A stretch of 64,000 bases of DNA from Nageia nagi (lineage: Eukaryota > Plantae > Pinophyta): NCBI GenBank assembly GCA_050084985.1, contig JBITNC010000002.1, positions 39,556,001-39,620,000 on the forward strand, written 5' to 3'. Shown here piece by piece: positions 12,201 through 24,661 of the stretch. Made by a program: the position numbers and the translations under genes. The notes under the pieces were generated by a model. It was not told where the DNA came from, made no database searches, and worked only from the letters and a program-made list of their open reading frames with translations. Position 1 is the first letter of the stretch; every line of letters begins with the position of its first letter.

Positions 12201-14665
12201 TTTGTACATCAAGGTTTCCCTCTGGCCCCTTTTAACAATTGAAGCCTTTGGTTATTTTTTGTCTCAACAAGTATTTGTTATTAATATTAAGGATATCTCT
12301 CTCCCTTTTTCCCAGTCCCAGCTTATTAATGTTTATTTTGCATATGACTCTTTCTTGACTCTGAAAGAGGAAGAGAAGTTTATTCATCATGTCATTTCTT
12401 ATCTTAATACCTTTTTCCAAGCTTCAAGTTCAAGTGTACAATGGCATAAGAATTCTTGTTATTGATAGTTTGCCAATGATATGCCCTCTTGGATTTAGGA
12501 TTTTCAATGGCATTGGAATACTCTTGGGGAAGTGTCTAAATTTTGAGGTATCCCTTTTGCTTTTTATTCATCCCCTACCAATCTTTGGTCTGTTGTGGTT
12601 CAAAAAGTTGAACAAAAATTGGAGTGTTGGTTTACTAAGAAGCTCTCTTTAACTGGTAAGTTTAAAATTTATTCTAAGGTTTTGGTTGCCACTCATATTT
12701 ATTACTACTCTTATTGGGTCCCCTCTAAGAATTGCTTGCTCAAACTTGATTGGTTGATTAAGGATTTTCTTTGGTCCAATTCTAAAGACAAAAGGGGGTT
12801 TCATAGGGTTTCCTAGGAAAATTTTTACCTCTCTCATTCTTTAGGTGATATAGGTATTTTTAATTTCCATAGATAAAGTACTTCCCTCTATACCAAATGG
12901 CTTGTTCAAGTTATTTTAGGAGAAGATTCCTAGAAGGTTTTATTTTGGTATTCTATTTGTACAAGGCTTACTCTAAACTATTGAGCTTGGAAGGGTATGG
13001 GATTTGCTTCCCTCCTTATTGCTCTGATTTTAACCACCATTTTTGGCTCTTTGGTTATCAAAAGTATTTGGAAAGAATGAGAGAAAATTAAACCTTTACT
13101 TCAATGGAAAGGTTTGGATTCTTGTAAGAGTTTTTTCCTGCTAAGAATTTGAATGTGTGGTGGTCTTCAATTTTTACTATTCAAGGTTTACCACTTACTA
13201 CTTTTCCTTGGATTCATGCTCAAAGATTTTATAAGAAAGTTATTGCTACTTTGTTGGATTTCTACTATGTGTATGATAGAGGTTTGTTTTCTTGGCCTTT
13301 GTTTAAATCCAAGTATGAGCTTCATCCAAATGATAAGATTACTTATGAGGTAATCTTGGATACTTTCCCTTTATCAGCTCTCTTTAATATTCACACTCAA
13401 GCTTAGAGGTCATGGTGGTTAGAAGGTCAATGGTATAAAGCAACCCCATTTTGTAACTACAATCCTAGAATGGGATATTTGTGGCTCTCTACTAGCCTCC
13501 CTATGCATGATAATCTTAATCTTAAGTGGGATCTCATTTCTACTAGATCTAAGTGGAGAACTCAATTTTATACAGTTTGAAAATCTTACCTTGACCCAAA
13601 GCGCTCCTTTTTTTCTTGGTGTTTGTTGTCTCAAAGTCTTTTATTGGGGACTTGGTTGGTCTATCTGGGGGTTGTTGACCCACGTATTTTTTGTAATTAG
13701 TCGAAGTCTTACTTTCATATTTTTTGGGAATGCACAAAAGCCAGGTATACATGGTATTGGATTGATTCCTTTTCTACTCATACATGTCTCATTCCTTTGC
13801 TTGGTTCCATATTTTGTTGGGGGACTCTCCAAATTTTTCTTTGGCTCTTTATGATATTTGGCATATTTTTCATACAACCATCTTATTCCACATTTGGAAA
13901 GATAGAAACAAAATGATTTTTTATTAGTTGGATCCTTTCTCTTTCCCTTTGAATGAAAAGCTATTGATTTTCCATGATGTTTGGTTGCAAATTTGTGTTT
14001 AGATTAACAAAATTTAGATGGAGCTTAGCCACCTATGTGACCTTCTAGATTTTTTGGGGCAATACTCCATGTACCATTTGTAAGGTTTCTATAAAGCCCC
14101 CTAATTGTATGCACTTCTATTCTAGGTCTCAACAACTTCATCATCCTTTATAAGATAATTGAGCTCAATTTCATCCCCTTCATCATGGTTAGAGTGCCTT
14201 ACCTCCATTGCTAGGAGATTCTTTTCACCATGTTGATTGTTGGGAGCCTCATCCAAAGGTGATCATAGTTATCAGAGAAATCAACGGTTGGGACATTAAG
14301 CATGATTTACAAACTCTTGCAAATATAGATAGTGGTGGGATACAAGTACCAAGTCATTTAAATGCATTGATAACTCAAGCTACGGTATTGTTTAATACCT
14401 ACTAATAATTGGTAGAATCTTGTGGATGAGGATGACCACCAACCACTCTCTTCCCTAGGAAGCTTAGTTTAAGTTTATGCTTTTTATACTTTTGCAATCC
14501 TTAGTTGGCTATTTTGTAATGTTGATGGCTTTAGTTTCTTTTTTAAATCCCAATCCTAGGAGTTGGTTTGACGCTGGGGTATGTAATCTACCACCCAAAC
14601 CCTTTTTATTATAAATTTTAGTATTTTTATTTTTAATAGAAACCAACTTTATATATATATATATA
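9300..14665 (+). mobile_element. Decayed near full-length L1-type LINE (ORF1 remnant, APE endonuclease, RT, zf-RVT)
   Basis: ORF1-like KVHVWL..LPLPLW and VKVDLSQDL at ~9370-9540. ORF2 motifs: S*NVRGL (~10208); NIYASN, WVLCRDSN, YTWSN, SNHASI (APE endonuclease); KALSLDGFPYEFFKNIW, IDFEKDYDRIE*, YFAYDSFL (RT); C..C....HIFWEC at ~13685-13735. It ends in a TA-rich tail at ~14650-14665. Many stops and frameshifts; 5' boundary approximate. Confidence 0.9.
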
Positions 14666-15589
14666 CATATGGTTTGGAAAAAAATTTATAATGCTAAATC
14701 TCACCAAATTGAAGAAAATGATTTTTTTAAGCAAGAAAATTTTTAAATTTGGAGAAAAGTAATTCAACCAAAAATAGAATAAAACCTAGGGTTTCTAATG
14801 CAAAACTCCTTAGAAAAAGTGATTCCCTAAAATAAAAATTATAAGGTTTGTAGGATTAGTTAGCTTCACCAGAAATGTAGATAGTAAATTATGTAAATAA
14901 TAATATAAACACAAAATAATTCTACAAAGATGATACTTATTCAAATATAATGATAAATAAATGAAAAGTGTGTACCTGATTATGATTAATCAATCCTTAA
15001 GGTATAGCATAGATATATGGAGGACTAGATCAAATCAAAAGCAAGTATGCAGATGATAATGAATCATATAGAATAGCATTCATCGCCTCCTTTGTCTGTA
15101 GCTTTAGATTATGAATACACATGCCATGGGTGACAGAAGAAATCTATGATGTGGATGGCATAAAACTTGTAGAACTAAATTGTGCATAAAGTATAGCATG
15201 TAATAAAAAATCATAGCATAACAAATTCTCATATAGGTGGCATCTAGAGACACCATAAATGTAGTAGCTGATATATGGAAAACCACCTATCAAATAGAAC
15301 TGATAGTGGTTATTGTGTTGTGCATCTCCTTTTATACCTACAAGGATAAAAGAGAGAGTGAAAACCAATTTTAGAATGATAATAATCATTTCAATAGAAT
15401 TATAAAATAACATGCAATATTAATGATATTCTTAAGATAATTTTATATATAAATATGATTAAGAGATATGAGCATTAATTAGTACATGTTTAACATTTAA
15501 TTAGCATATTAGCCTTGATATTATATATATTTGCATTATTTAAATATTTTATAATGTAGATACTTAAATATGATTTATTAATAAATAAT

Positions 15590-18500
15590 AAATCATTTTT
15601 AATCGTTTATACAATGAATAAACCATATTTAACATAATAGATTAAGAAATAACAATTTTAGGAGCTATGATAATATTTGTAGAGAACAAAGTAGTATTTT
15701 GGATAGATAAATATAATAATACTTTTTAGGTGTTGGGAACCTGTTCATTGCGATTTTGTATTTTGATATATGATAAGGTGGCCTAAAATATGTCATATAA
15801 CTTACAGATTTGTATAAAAAGATTTAGATTTATTTTAATTAATCAATTATTAGCTACTTTATCCTAATCAATTATTTATGTTAGGGATTCAAGGATTTGA
15901 CTAAAAGAGAGGTTAACACAAAGGAAAGAGTTATTATTTTACTAGTTTGTAGCATTCATTTTTAATGTAAAGGGATTTAATTTTATACACAATAAGTTCT
16001 AATTGTAATTTATACAAATTACAATAATTTTAAATGATTGATTTCTTTGAGAATAATATTTCTTTTTACAACTCTTTAAAAAAAGATATTGAACAAGTGA
16101 GGTTCACTAAAATGATGAAAGCTTAAATCATGAAAATTAACTTTGTGAATTCAAAAACTAGTTGGCCAATATTGAATTCACTCAAATGCATTATGTGAGA
16201 ATTATCCAAGTAATGAAACCTAATTAATTAAGATGACATATTATGATAATGAATAAGCCAAGATAAAGGAGCCATACATGGGGGTTCACCTACATGAATG
16301 CAAGCGACCCTTGATACATCTTGTTTGTAATCATAAATGATGGATTCATTATATTATGAAGTTAATATGTTAATGTAGGATTGATGAGTTGTAGATATGG
16401 ATCATAGCAGAGAGAAGCTAGTTTTGGTGGGCGAAGGGCGAATGGCTAGTGAGCTCTAGAGGATGAAGAGCTAGCATCTAGAGGGTTGAGTCTTTCCATT
16501 GAAATACCTTTGAAATACCATGATGAATGGGATCCTAATGATGGTACATGAGGAAGAAATAGATATTATTTTCAATCACTTATGTGATCCAAAGGAGCTT
16601 GATGACTATAATCATAAGTTAACAAAACCCTAATGGTGTCTTTACCATTTTGGAAATAAGAGCTATAGATCTAGAAGGCTTATTAGTTAGATAAGAGGAA
16701 ATAAGATGATGATAGAGTATAAGAAACTTAGGAAGGTACCTATTGGAGACTTTAAAGCTCAAAGGCATCACATGAGGCTACGTCATTGACCCATCTTGCT
16801 AGAGATAGCAAGGTCATGCTCATGATTTGTAACAAGCTATATAAGCACTAATATTTCAAAAATGGATAACTTGAAGGGGATAAGGGTGAAGGAATATGAT
16901 TCTTGATGTTTATGGATTCTAGAAGATGAAATAGAATAGTATTAGAGGTTCCCATAGTATTATTCTCTTATGATTGCTTATGAGCCAAAAGTAGAGAGTT
17001 TTGTAGTATTAAAACTCAACTATTTTAAAGGATTTTTCTTCAATTATGGAAGGATATAGGTAAAGGCAGGGTCATTGATTCTATTCATGGTGATGGAATG
17101 ATGAAGAGGGGGTAGATAATGATAAGGAGTTTGAGGAATCCTTAAAGAAAGAATGAAAGAGGATTGGTGCTCAAAGGTTTTATGTTTTAAGGTTGTCATA
17201 TTAATTCAAAACCTACAAAGAGGTAGGGTCACACCTACATTTGAGTAAGGGTGGGTGCAAGAAGTTGGTTCCATGTAAGGCCAAAAATTGTAAGTGTTTT
17301 CCTTAATTTTCAAGTTTGGGTATGATGGATCTCAAAATTTTAAGCACTTAGACATGGAAACCATGAAAAAGATCATTGGGATGAAAATGTAGTGCTCAAA
17401 TTCTAATTTTTAAATATAGAATTTGTTCCAATACCCATATCATAGAATTTAAAATTCAATAAGATGAACAAAAACCACTTTTTTAAAAAAAACCATTTTT
17501 GGACCATACCATGCATGTGTTCATCTAGAATAATTTGACTAAAATCAAAGTATTTTTAAAATCCTTTTAGGAAAAGATACCTAACACATTGAGCTTGTCC
17601 TGGATATTTTTTTTATATTTTTTCATCAATATGTTTTTTTATTAATTTTTTATTGGGCATTTTGTGATTTCGAAAAGTGCTCATGTCTGTCCAACATAAT
17701 TTGATCTAAACTTAACTTTTTAAAAAAAAATTATTTATTTTTCTTATAGAGAATTATATGAAACTTTTCCTTATATAATTTTTTCATAAATCCTCCAAAA
17801 GAAATTATTAAGAAAATACGAGACCTTCATATTTCAAGTATATGGACCATTTTTACTAAAACAAAAATTGAAAAATACAAAATCTTATCCAATTGTAAAA
17901 AAATTACATATTTTGAATCTACACTCTTTAATTTATAATGGGTTTTAATTTCATGAAAAAAAATTCTACCAAAAACTCCATCAAACTTATGCCTAAAGTT
18001 GAGATTTTCCATTAACATTGCCATGAACATATGCTTGCAAGTCCAAGGCTAAGTGTTGGCTCACCAAGCCTTTTTCGAGCCTAAATCCAAGGCAAAATTG
18101 AAGATTCAAATATCAAGATCCTGATAAATGTATGTATTTTAGTTTTAAATCAGGATCCTAATTTTTTCGACATTGAATTTTAACTTCATCGATTTTCCCC
18201 ACTTCCCCTTTATGTGGAATCAACTTCTTACTTTCACCTTAAGAGGTTTGATGTTGTAATAACCTCTCCTTGTCATTTGGAAGGTGTTAGAGGTATCTGG
18301 TGGGGTTTTATGGTGATCTTAGGAGCAAAATATTTTTTTAGTTTATGAGAGTGAGCAACACAGGGTGTTGTAATGCATGCCTCCAGGGTGCTAATTTATA
18401 AAGTTCTATTTTCTCTTGCAAATAAACATCTTGAAATATTTATTTTTATAGTAAATCTCTTTCTTTGTCGATTCTTTTGTGATGAATACTTCAAAAGAAA

Positions 18501-20147
18501 CTCTTGGACAATCCTAGAATAACCCATGGTTAATAGGGAATAACTTTAGAGGAGGTAGAGATATCCTTTGAATTTTTTTCAGATACTATGATGTTTAATA
18601 GTCTATGTTTTTTTCTTTCTGATTGGTTAGATTAGTTTCTATTATTAATTCCATTTTGGGTGTAGATGAGGCTTCTCTAGCCTTGTTTTTGTATGCTTTT
18701 GGTATGGATACATGGTCTGAGATGTGGCAGATCTTAGGAGAAGGTAGGAAGATGATCTTTGGAGTAAGAAAATCTCTAAGATGTGGTATATCTTAGGAGG
18801 GGCCCTTCTCAAATTCAAATTATTGGTTTTATTAAGGTTGTATTTTTAGTCATACTTTCTACCCTTTCTTTGGGTTATTTTACTTATGAGGCATGTTGAA
18901 TATCTTTTAAAGCAATTGTAAAAGGATCATTTCAAAACCCTTATTTTTACATATATCCAAAAGAAAAATAATAAAATAAAATAACAATATTTAAAGTAAA
19001 AAGTTAGCAAGTGAAATAGAATATATCTATTTAGTAACACTTTAATTCCTCTTTAGATGCTACAAGATTTAGAAACAAAAAATTCAAATGATGATCAAAT
19101 CATAACTTCTTAATCCAAATAATTTAACAATCTAAATGGAAATTATAGGAATGAAATTGTATTAAGCAAAAATAACTTTTATAATATTGAGGATGAAAAA
19201 TATGAAAATGATATACTAGATCAGTTTTAAAATATTACTGGCATTTGCATGGATGTAGTGATGAATTTTGGCATTGCATTGTAATCTTCATGGTTGGAAG
19301 AGAAATATTATGGCAATATTGAAAAATATTACTACATTTCTTAGAAGATTGCTGTAAAAAATTGTGATCTATTATTAAAGGAAAACAAGTAAACAATCTA
19401 TATACATTAAATGTTTAATGGGAGTTGAAGAAATTATCTTAATATTATTGGTAAGCTGACAAGAGAATCAAGAATAGAACTCTTCAATTTTATAAATCTG
19501 CGGCTTCGGTCCTCACTCAAATGACAGCGTTCGAATGGAACTCTTACAGCATATGAGTAATATTCGTATTGCCTGGAAGATCTTATACTTCAACTGTCCA
19601 CTTTCACAAAGTACAACAAATCCAAATATGCTCACAGACCTAATAAAATCCTCTCCGCCATGGATACTCTCGGCTATTTATAGCAGCAAAAATCCAAAAA
19701 CGAAGTTGCGAAGCAGAAGAGCTGTATTTGTGTCCTCTGTCTTTGGCCTTACTCTTCTGAGTGCCTCTCCCTACAAAAAAATGTCCTTCCAGCATAAGGA
19801 AAACAATCACCATCTCCACACTACGTCTGAGTTTATGTCATCCTTCTGTTACACCTGACTACATTTCACAGGCATTGACCTACCTTTGGATTTTCTACAG
19901 TACTGGCCAAGTTGCATCCCATTTCCCATTTCCAAAAAGATCAATCAACTTCTTCTGGATGAGATTCGTGATTTCAGTAGTAAAGGCCAAATGCCAAATC
20001 CAAAAACATGAGTTGAAACCCTGGAACTTCGAGCTGTCTCGTACAGACTAGTATCTCTGCGTTGCATAGGAGACAGTGCAGAGCCCACATGAAAACAACT
20101 ACCCCAACGTAATTATGTGGGCGTGCGGTATCCAGGTAGCTAGCTAC
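15590..20147. repeat. Copy 1 of a local duplicated block (15590-16268 + 19040-20147), interrupted by a ~2.7-kb composite insertion (~16270-18980)
   Basis: 15590-16268 aligns to ~31055-31950, 19040-19490 to ~31980-32410, and 19502-20147 to 32635-33307. Confidence 0.85.
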
Positions 20148-20672
20148 AGTGCACTGTTCTCCACCTCCCTTCAGGTATTAATAATTTCATACCTATTTAG
20201 GTTTTGCCTTCCGTCACCGGCTTCTTTTGCTTCCTCTTTCTTTCTCATGCTTCGAGACATTTTCCTCAAGAACTTAAAATTCAAGGTTGTGGGCTGATCT
20301 TTTGCTTTCTTTTTGATATCTTGCTATCATTATCATTATTCTTAGGATGGGGATGGGGTTAGGTTCCTTGTGGATATTCTTTAGGGTCCAATTCATGGAT
20401 CCATATTAAATCACCCATATTTATTTATATTTCAATTAGCAAGAGGTGATTAAGGTCCATCTCATTATATATTAAGTATGAATGGATGAATCTTCCTTCA
20501 TTGAATATGTGGATAGTCTTAAATTATGCTTAAAGAAATTATGTAATCTCTCAAAAGTGGTTCACATCAATATTCCATTGGTAGAGCATATTATCATACC
20601 CCATTCACCATTATATAAGTTTCTCTTCTCTGATTCACAAGCTTTGTCCATATCTACTCTTGAAGAGAAACA

Positions 20673-21144
20673 TGTTAGAATTTGTAATGAAATATTGTGA
20701 ATATCTAAACTCTTTGTAAGTTCAATTAATCACTTAAAGGATATGTAGATACCTTAAGGGATTAATTGAATTCTTTATTATGTGTGGATTTTGACCTAAC
20801 CATGGGGTTAGTTGGTAGGTTAAAGTTAGGTCACACATTTATTGTAACCCTAACCTTACCCTTAGGTTAAAGGGAGGTTAGGGAGGTGCTCTCAACCTAT
20901 AAATAGAGGGCCTTTCCTCTTGTAACATATCTAAGTTTTGGAGTAAGAGTACTCTACTAGTTTGTGTAGGAGAGAAGAAGAGAATTGTTGTAAGAGGGGC
21001 ATACTTGAGTATTGAGATACTATTTGTGGATGTACTCCCAAGGAGGGAGGAACCACATTACACTTGTGTTATCTTGTGTGAATGTTGTGTGATTGAGCTT
21101 CCTATTCTTGGACCTTGAGGATTAGAGTAGTGCTAATTCTCTCA
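20673..21144 (+). repeat. 5' LTR of the Copia element
   Basis: Runs TGTTAGAA...TCTCTCA, with TATAAAT at 20898-20904. Near-identical to 29464-29935. Confidence 0.97.
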
Positions 21145-21146
21145 AT

Positions 21147-21159
21147 TGGTATCTAGAGC
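21147..21159 (+). promoter_or_regulatory. Primer binding site (initiator tRNA-Met type)
   Basis: TGGTATCTAGAGC lies 2 nt after the LTR; it is the canonical TGGTATCAGAGC with one extra T. Confidence 0.9.
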
Positions 21160-24100
21160 TTGGTGTGGAAGCTCTTCTTCTACATCTTGGAGGTTCTTCA
21201 TCCTTCTTCATTCCTTTGGTGTGGAAGCTCTTCTACATTTTGGAGGTTCTTCATTCCTCATCTTACACCCCATTAGTGAGGTAAATTTTAAGAGAAGGTA
21301 TAAATTTCCTCCTCATTTGGTTATCTTATGGATTATTGCATTAGAAACTAACATATTTTGTGAGATATTGGAGCTTATTTTTTGCAAAATATGATCAAAA
21401 TGGCAATACAAGCATTTTTTTATACTAACCTCTTATGTTAGTAGCATTTTTTTTACAAAAATGCTTAATACATGATATACCTTTTTTAAGAGGATACTAT
21501 GAAATGCAAATATTTTTACTAACATTTTGTTTGTTAGTAGCAACTAATTTCTTGAGGTTTACTTTTCTTGTTTAAAGTAAACACAAGTGAAAGTTAATTT
21601 ATTTTTTGAAAAAAAAGGGAGGGCTAAAAATAGAAATATAATGTTTTTAACCTCTAGTGTGCATTTTTTAAGAGATTAGTATATATATATAAAAAATTGC
21701 AATATTTCTTTATGTCATTTACTGTTGAGTTAAAGAGGCAACTCTCAATATTTTTTTTAAAAAGTTTGAAATATTTTTTGAGCAATATTTTTTTATATAT
21801 ATAATATTTTTTTTTCAAAAAAATTATATATAAAATTTTATGGTGGGTCAAGCAACAAATTTTGAGCGAATTGTTTTAAGAAGAATGCCTTGCCGAAATG
21901 GTCCACATGAGGCAGGCCGAGAAGTGGCCCATTTGTGCATTGTTTGACAGAACACCTCAGCTCAACATGGCCTCTGTTGCTTAGTACGACCTTGACATGA
22001 GAGGTACTCGAGGCCTCATTGATGGTGCCCATGGCCCCCCCAAAGCTCTCACCTCTACAACATCACGCTATTTGATCACATAGCGAGGAGCTCTCAACAG
22101 TTGCCCTAGTTTGGGTTCGCCTGTGCATGTTCAGATTCGATTCCCGGATAATGACTTGATCTGTGACACAATCACTTTTTTTAGTGCAGACAATATGCGA
22201 ATTTCACATCTACAATCCTCATGCGAAGTTAAATTTTAATAAAAACATTGGTGAGGCACGTAAGCGTTGCAAGTCGTAAGCCACCCAACGGATTGCATTG
22301 GCCTGCCACATCTGACCCACACATAGTAGTCTCATCTTCCTCCCTCATCGGCTTGCCCTGCACCTCTCTTTGCTCTGTATTAAGATGCATGCAATAGACA
22401 CAGTTTCCTGGACAGCAATGATTGAAGGCACGTGAGACACCATTTCATGGACTGTGGCAAGCCACCACGCATTCTTATCACTCTGCTCTCTTCTCTCCCT
22501 TCGCCTGCTTAGGACCTTCCCTGTCGCCATTTTTAGAATTAACAAAACCACTCATGTACCTCTATCGGGGAGACGTATCTCATATGGTGGTTTTTTCTTG
22601 TCTCTTCCAGCAGGCTAATAATGTGCATTCTTATCAGATAATGCGTAGAATGGTATTCTATAATAGAGCTTCGTGATCTTATCGCAAGGACCTCCACCTC
22701 CTCTCACGTGAAGGCCCGTCAAAATCGCTACTCAACCCAAAAAGCAGTATGTTAGTGCCCAATGTGGAAGAGAATATTTCCTTATTAAAAACCACTTACA
22801 ACTATTTTATACGATAAGATCTAATTTTGAAAATGATTCATTCTAGCATGTATAAGGCTTAAAGGCTGAAAGTAAAGCTAAAAAATAACACTCTTACTCC
22901 ATCCTTTGGAATCCCCAACAAATCCTCCTCCTCCCTCATGCGCATGCTGTCGTGCGCCTTAACTGGCCAACCTCCTACCAACCACGATGCATAGCAGTCT
23001 TCCTCCTCTTCCTCCTTCACCATCACCTCCATAGGCTATCCTCTAAATGCCTTCATGCAGGTCATCCTCCTTCCCACAGTCAAGGTTGATGGCTGCCAAC
23101 TTCTTGCAAGTCTTCTTAGTCACTTTAATGCACTTAAATGCATTAAGTTTGTTTAGTTGACTACTTGCATTTTTGCTCTTCCAAAAGCAACGTATGCTTT
23201 TCTTGGTGGAAGAAAAAGGGGGGGTCATATTTTTACAACTAAAAAGCATTTAATTATTTTTTGACTTAGGAGTATTTTTTATTTTTTAGTGCTTAAGGTA
23301 GGAGAAGCATTAAAATGCATGAAGTAGGGGTATGGGTCTCCTTCTTTTTCCATTTAATTCTTGGAGACTTGGTAAATGGTGAATATTTTTAACTTATTTT
23401 TAAGTTAAACTTAGCTTATTTTAAAAATGCTTAGAATATTTTTAATATTGCATGTTTAATTTACTAAGGTGCACATGCAATTTTTTAATGCTAACCTCTT
23501 AGCATTTTTTTTCTCTAAGCATAGTAATTTAGTCTAAGTATGCTATTTTTTTAAGTAAATAAGGGAATTTTTTTACTTAAAATGCATACTTATAAGACAA
23601 GTCTTAGCATACAAGTTTGTTTTAGGGATAAAACTTTAAGTGAAAAGGGGGAATTGGTATAATTTTTTACTTAAATTTTATCTAGATCTTGCATGCTAGA
23701 CTTGTGATGCATGTCTCTTTATCTTGTAAACCTTATCTAGATCTTGCATGCTAGACTTATGATGCATGTATTTTTATCTTGTTTGAAGAATAAAACATGC
23801 TTAGGACTTAAATTTTTAAGTTAAATAATGCATGATGCATGATTACTTAAATTTTTTTTAAGTCATGGAATAATGCATGTTATGAATTAAATGCTAAGTA
23901 GGACTTAGTTCTTTTTTAATTCATTAAGTGCTTGAATGAATTGAGCAAAATATACAAAATGTAAAATGTCCTTTAGGGGTTAGTACAAAACCCATTGGAC
24001 TTTTTAAGGTTTTTTCAAGCTCGTGTGGATGATGCAATTTTACTTTACTTTATATTTTTGCACAATTTGCTTATACTTGCAAAATGCAAATATTGAAAGT

Positions 24101-24661
24101 AACCCCTAAAATGAACACATCTGCACATATTCTTCCATAACATGACTTGTTTGGGGAGCCACAAGGTGAGGACAGGGCAGACTGGAGCCCTTTTAGTCCG
24201 AAGACCCGAGTGGTGGTAAGTCCATCTTAATTGCCCCTAAGACCTCTATTGGATTGGACATAACTCTATTAGGTGGACAGGCATGTGTGTAGTGATACCA
24301 CATGTTCGCACGTCCATTCAGGGATTATCCTGATAACCTAGGAGGAAAACTGAAAACCTTAATCAAGATAATTAAAATGGTCAATCCAAGATACGTCGGA
24401 TCCTTGGAAAATAGTTGGTACTTCTCCTTGTGAGAGTATATTACTGACCAAGGTGAACTGGTTGAGGACTGGTAGTACCTGGGCTCCACCTTGCAGGCAT
24501 CTAGGTGAAGGCCTAATTCTATACAAGAAAATAATCCCAACTTTATTCCTCTACAGATCGTGGTTTGCACATATGGGACATGTTTACTTATGTTTGATTT
24601 GTATAGATGGAAACTTGTAAAAATTTGCATTCTTATTGCATATTTATCTTTTGTATAGATA

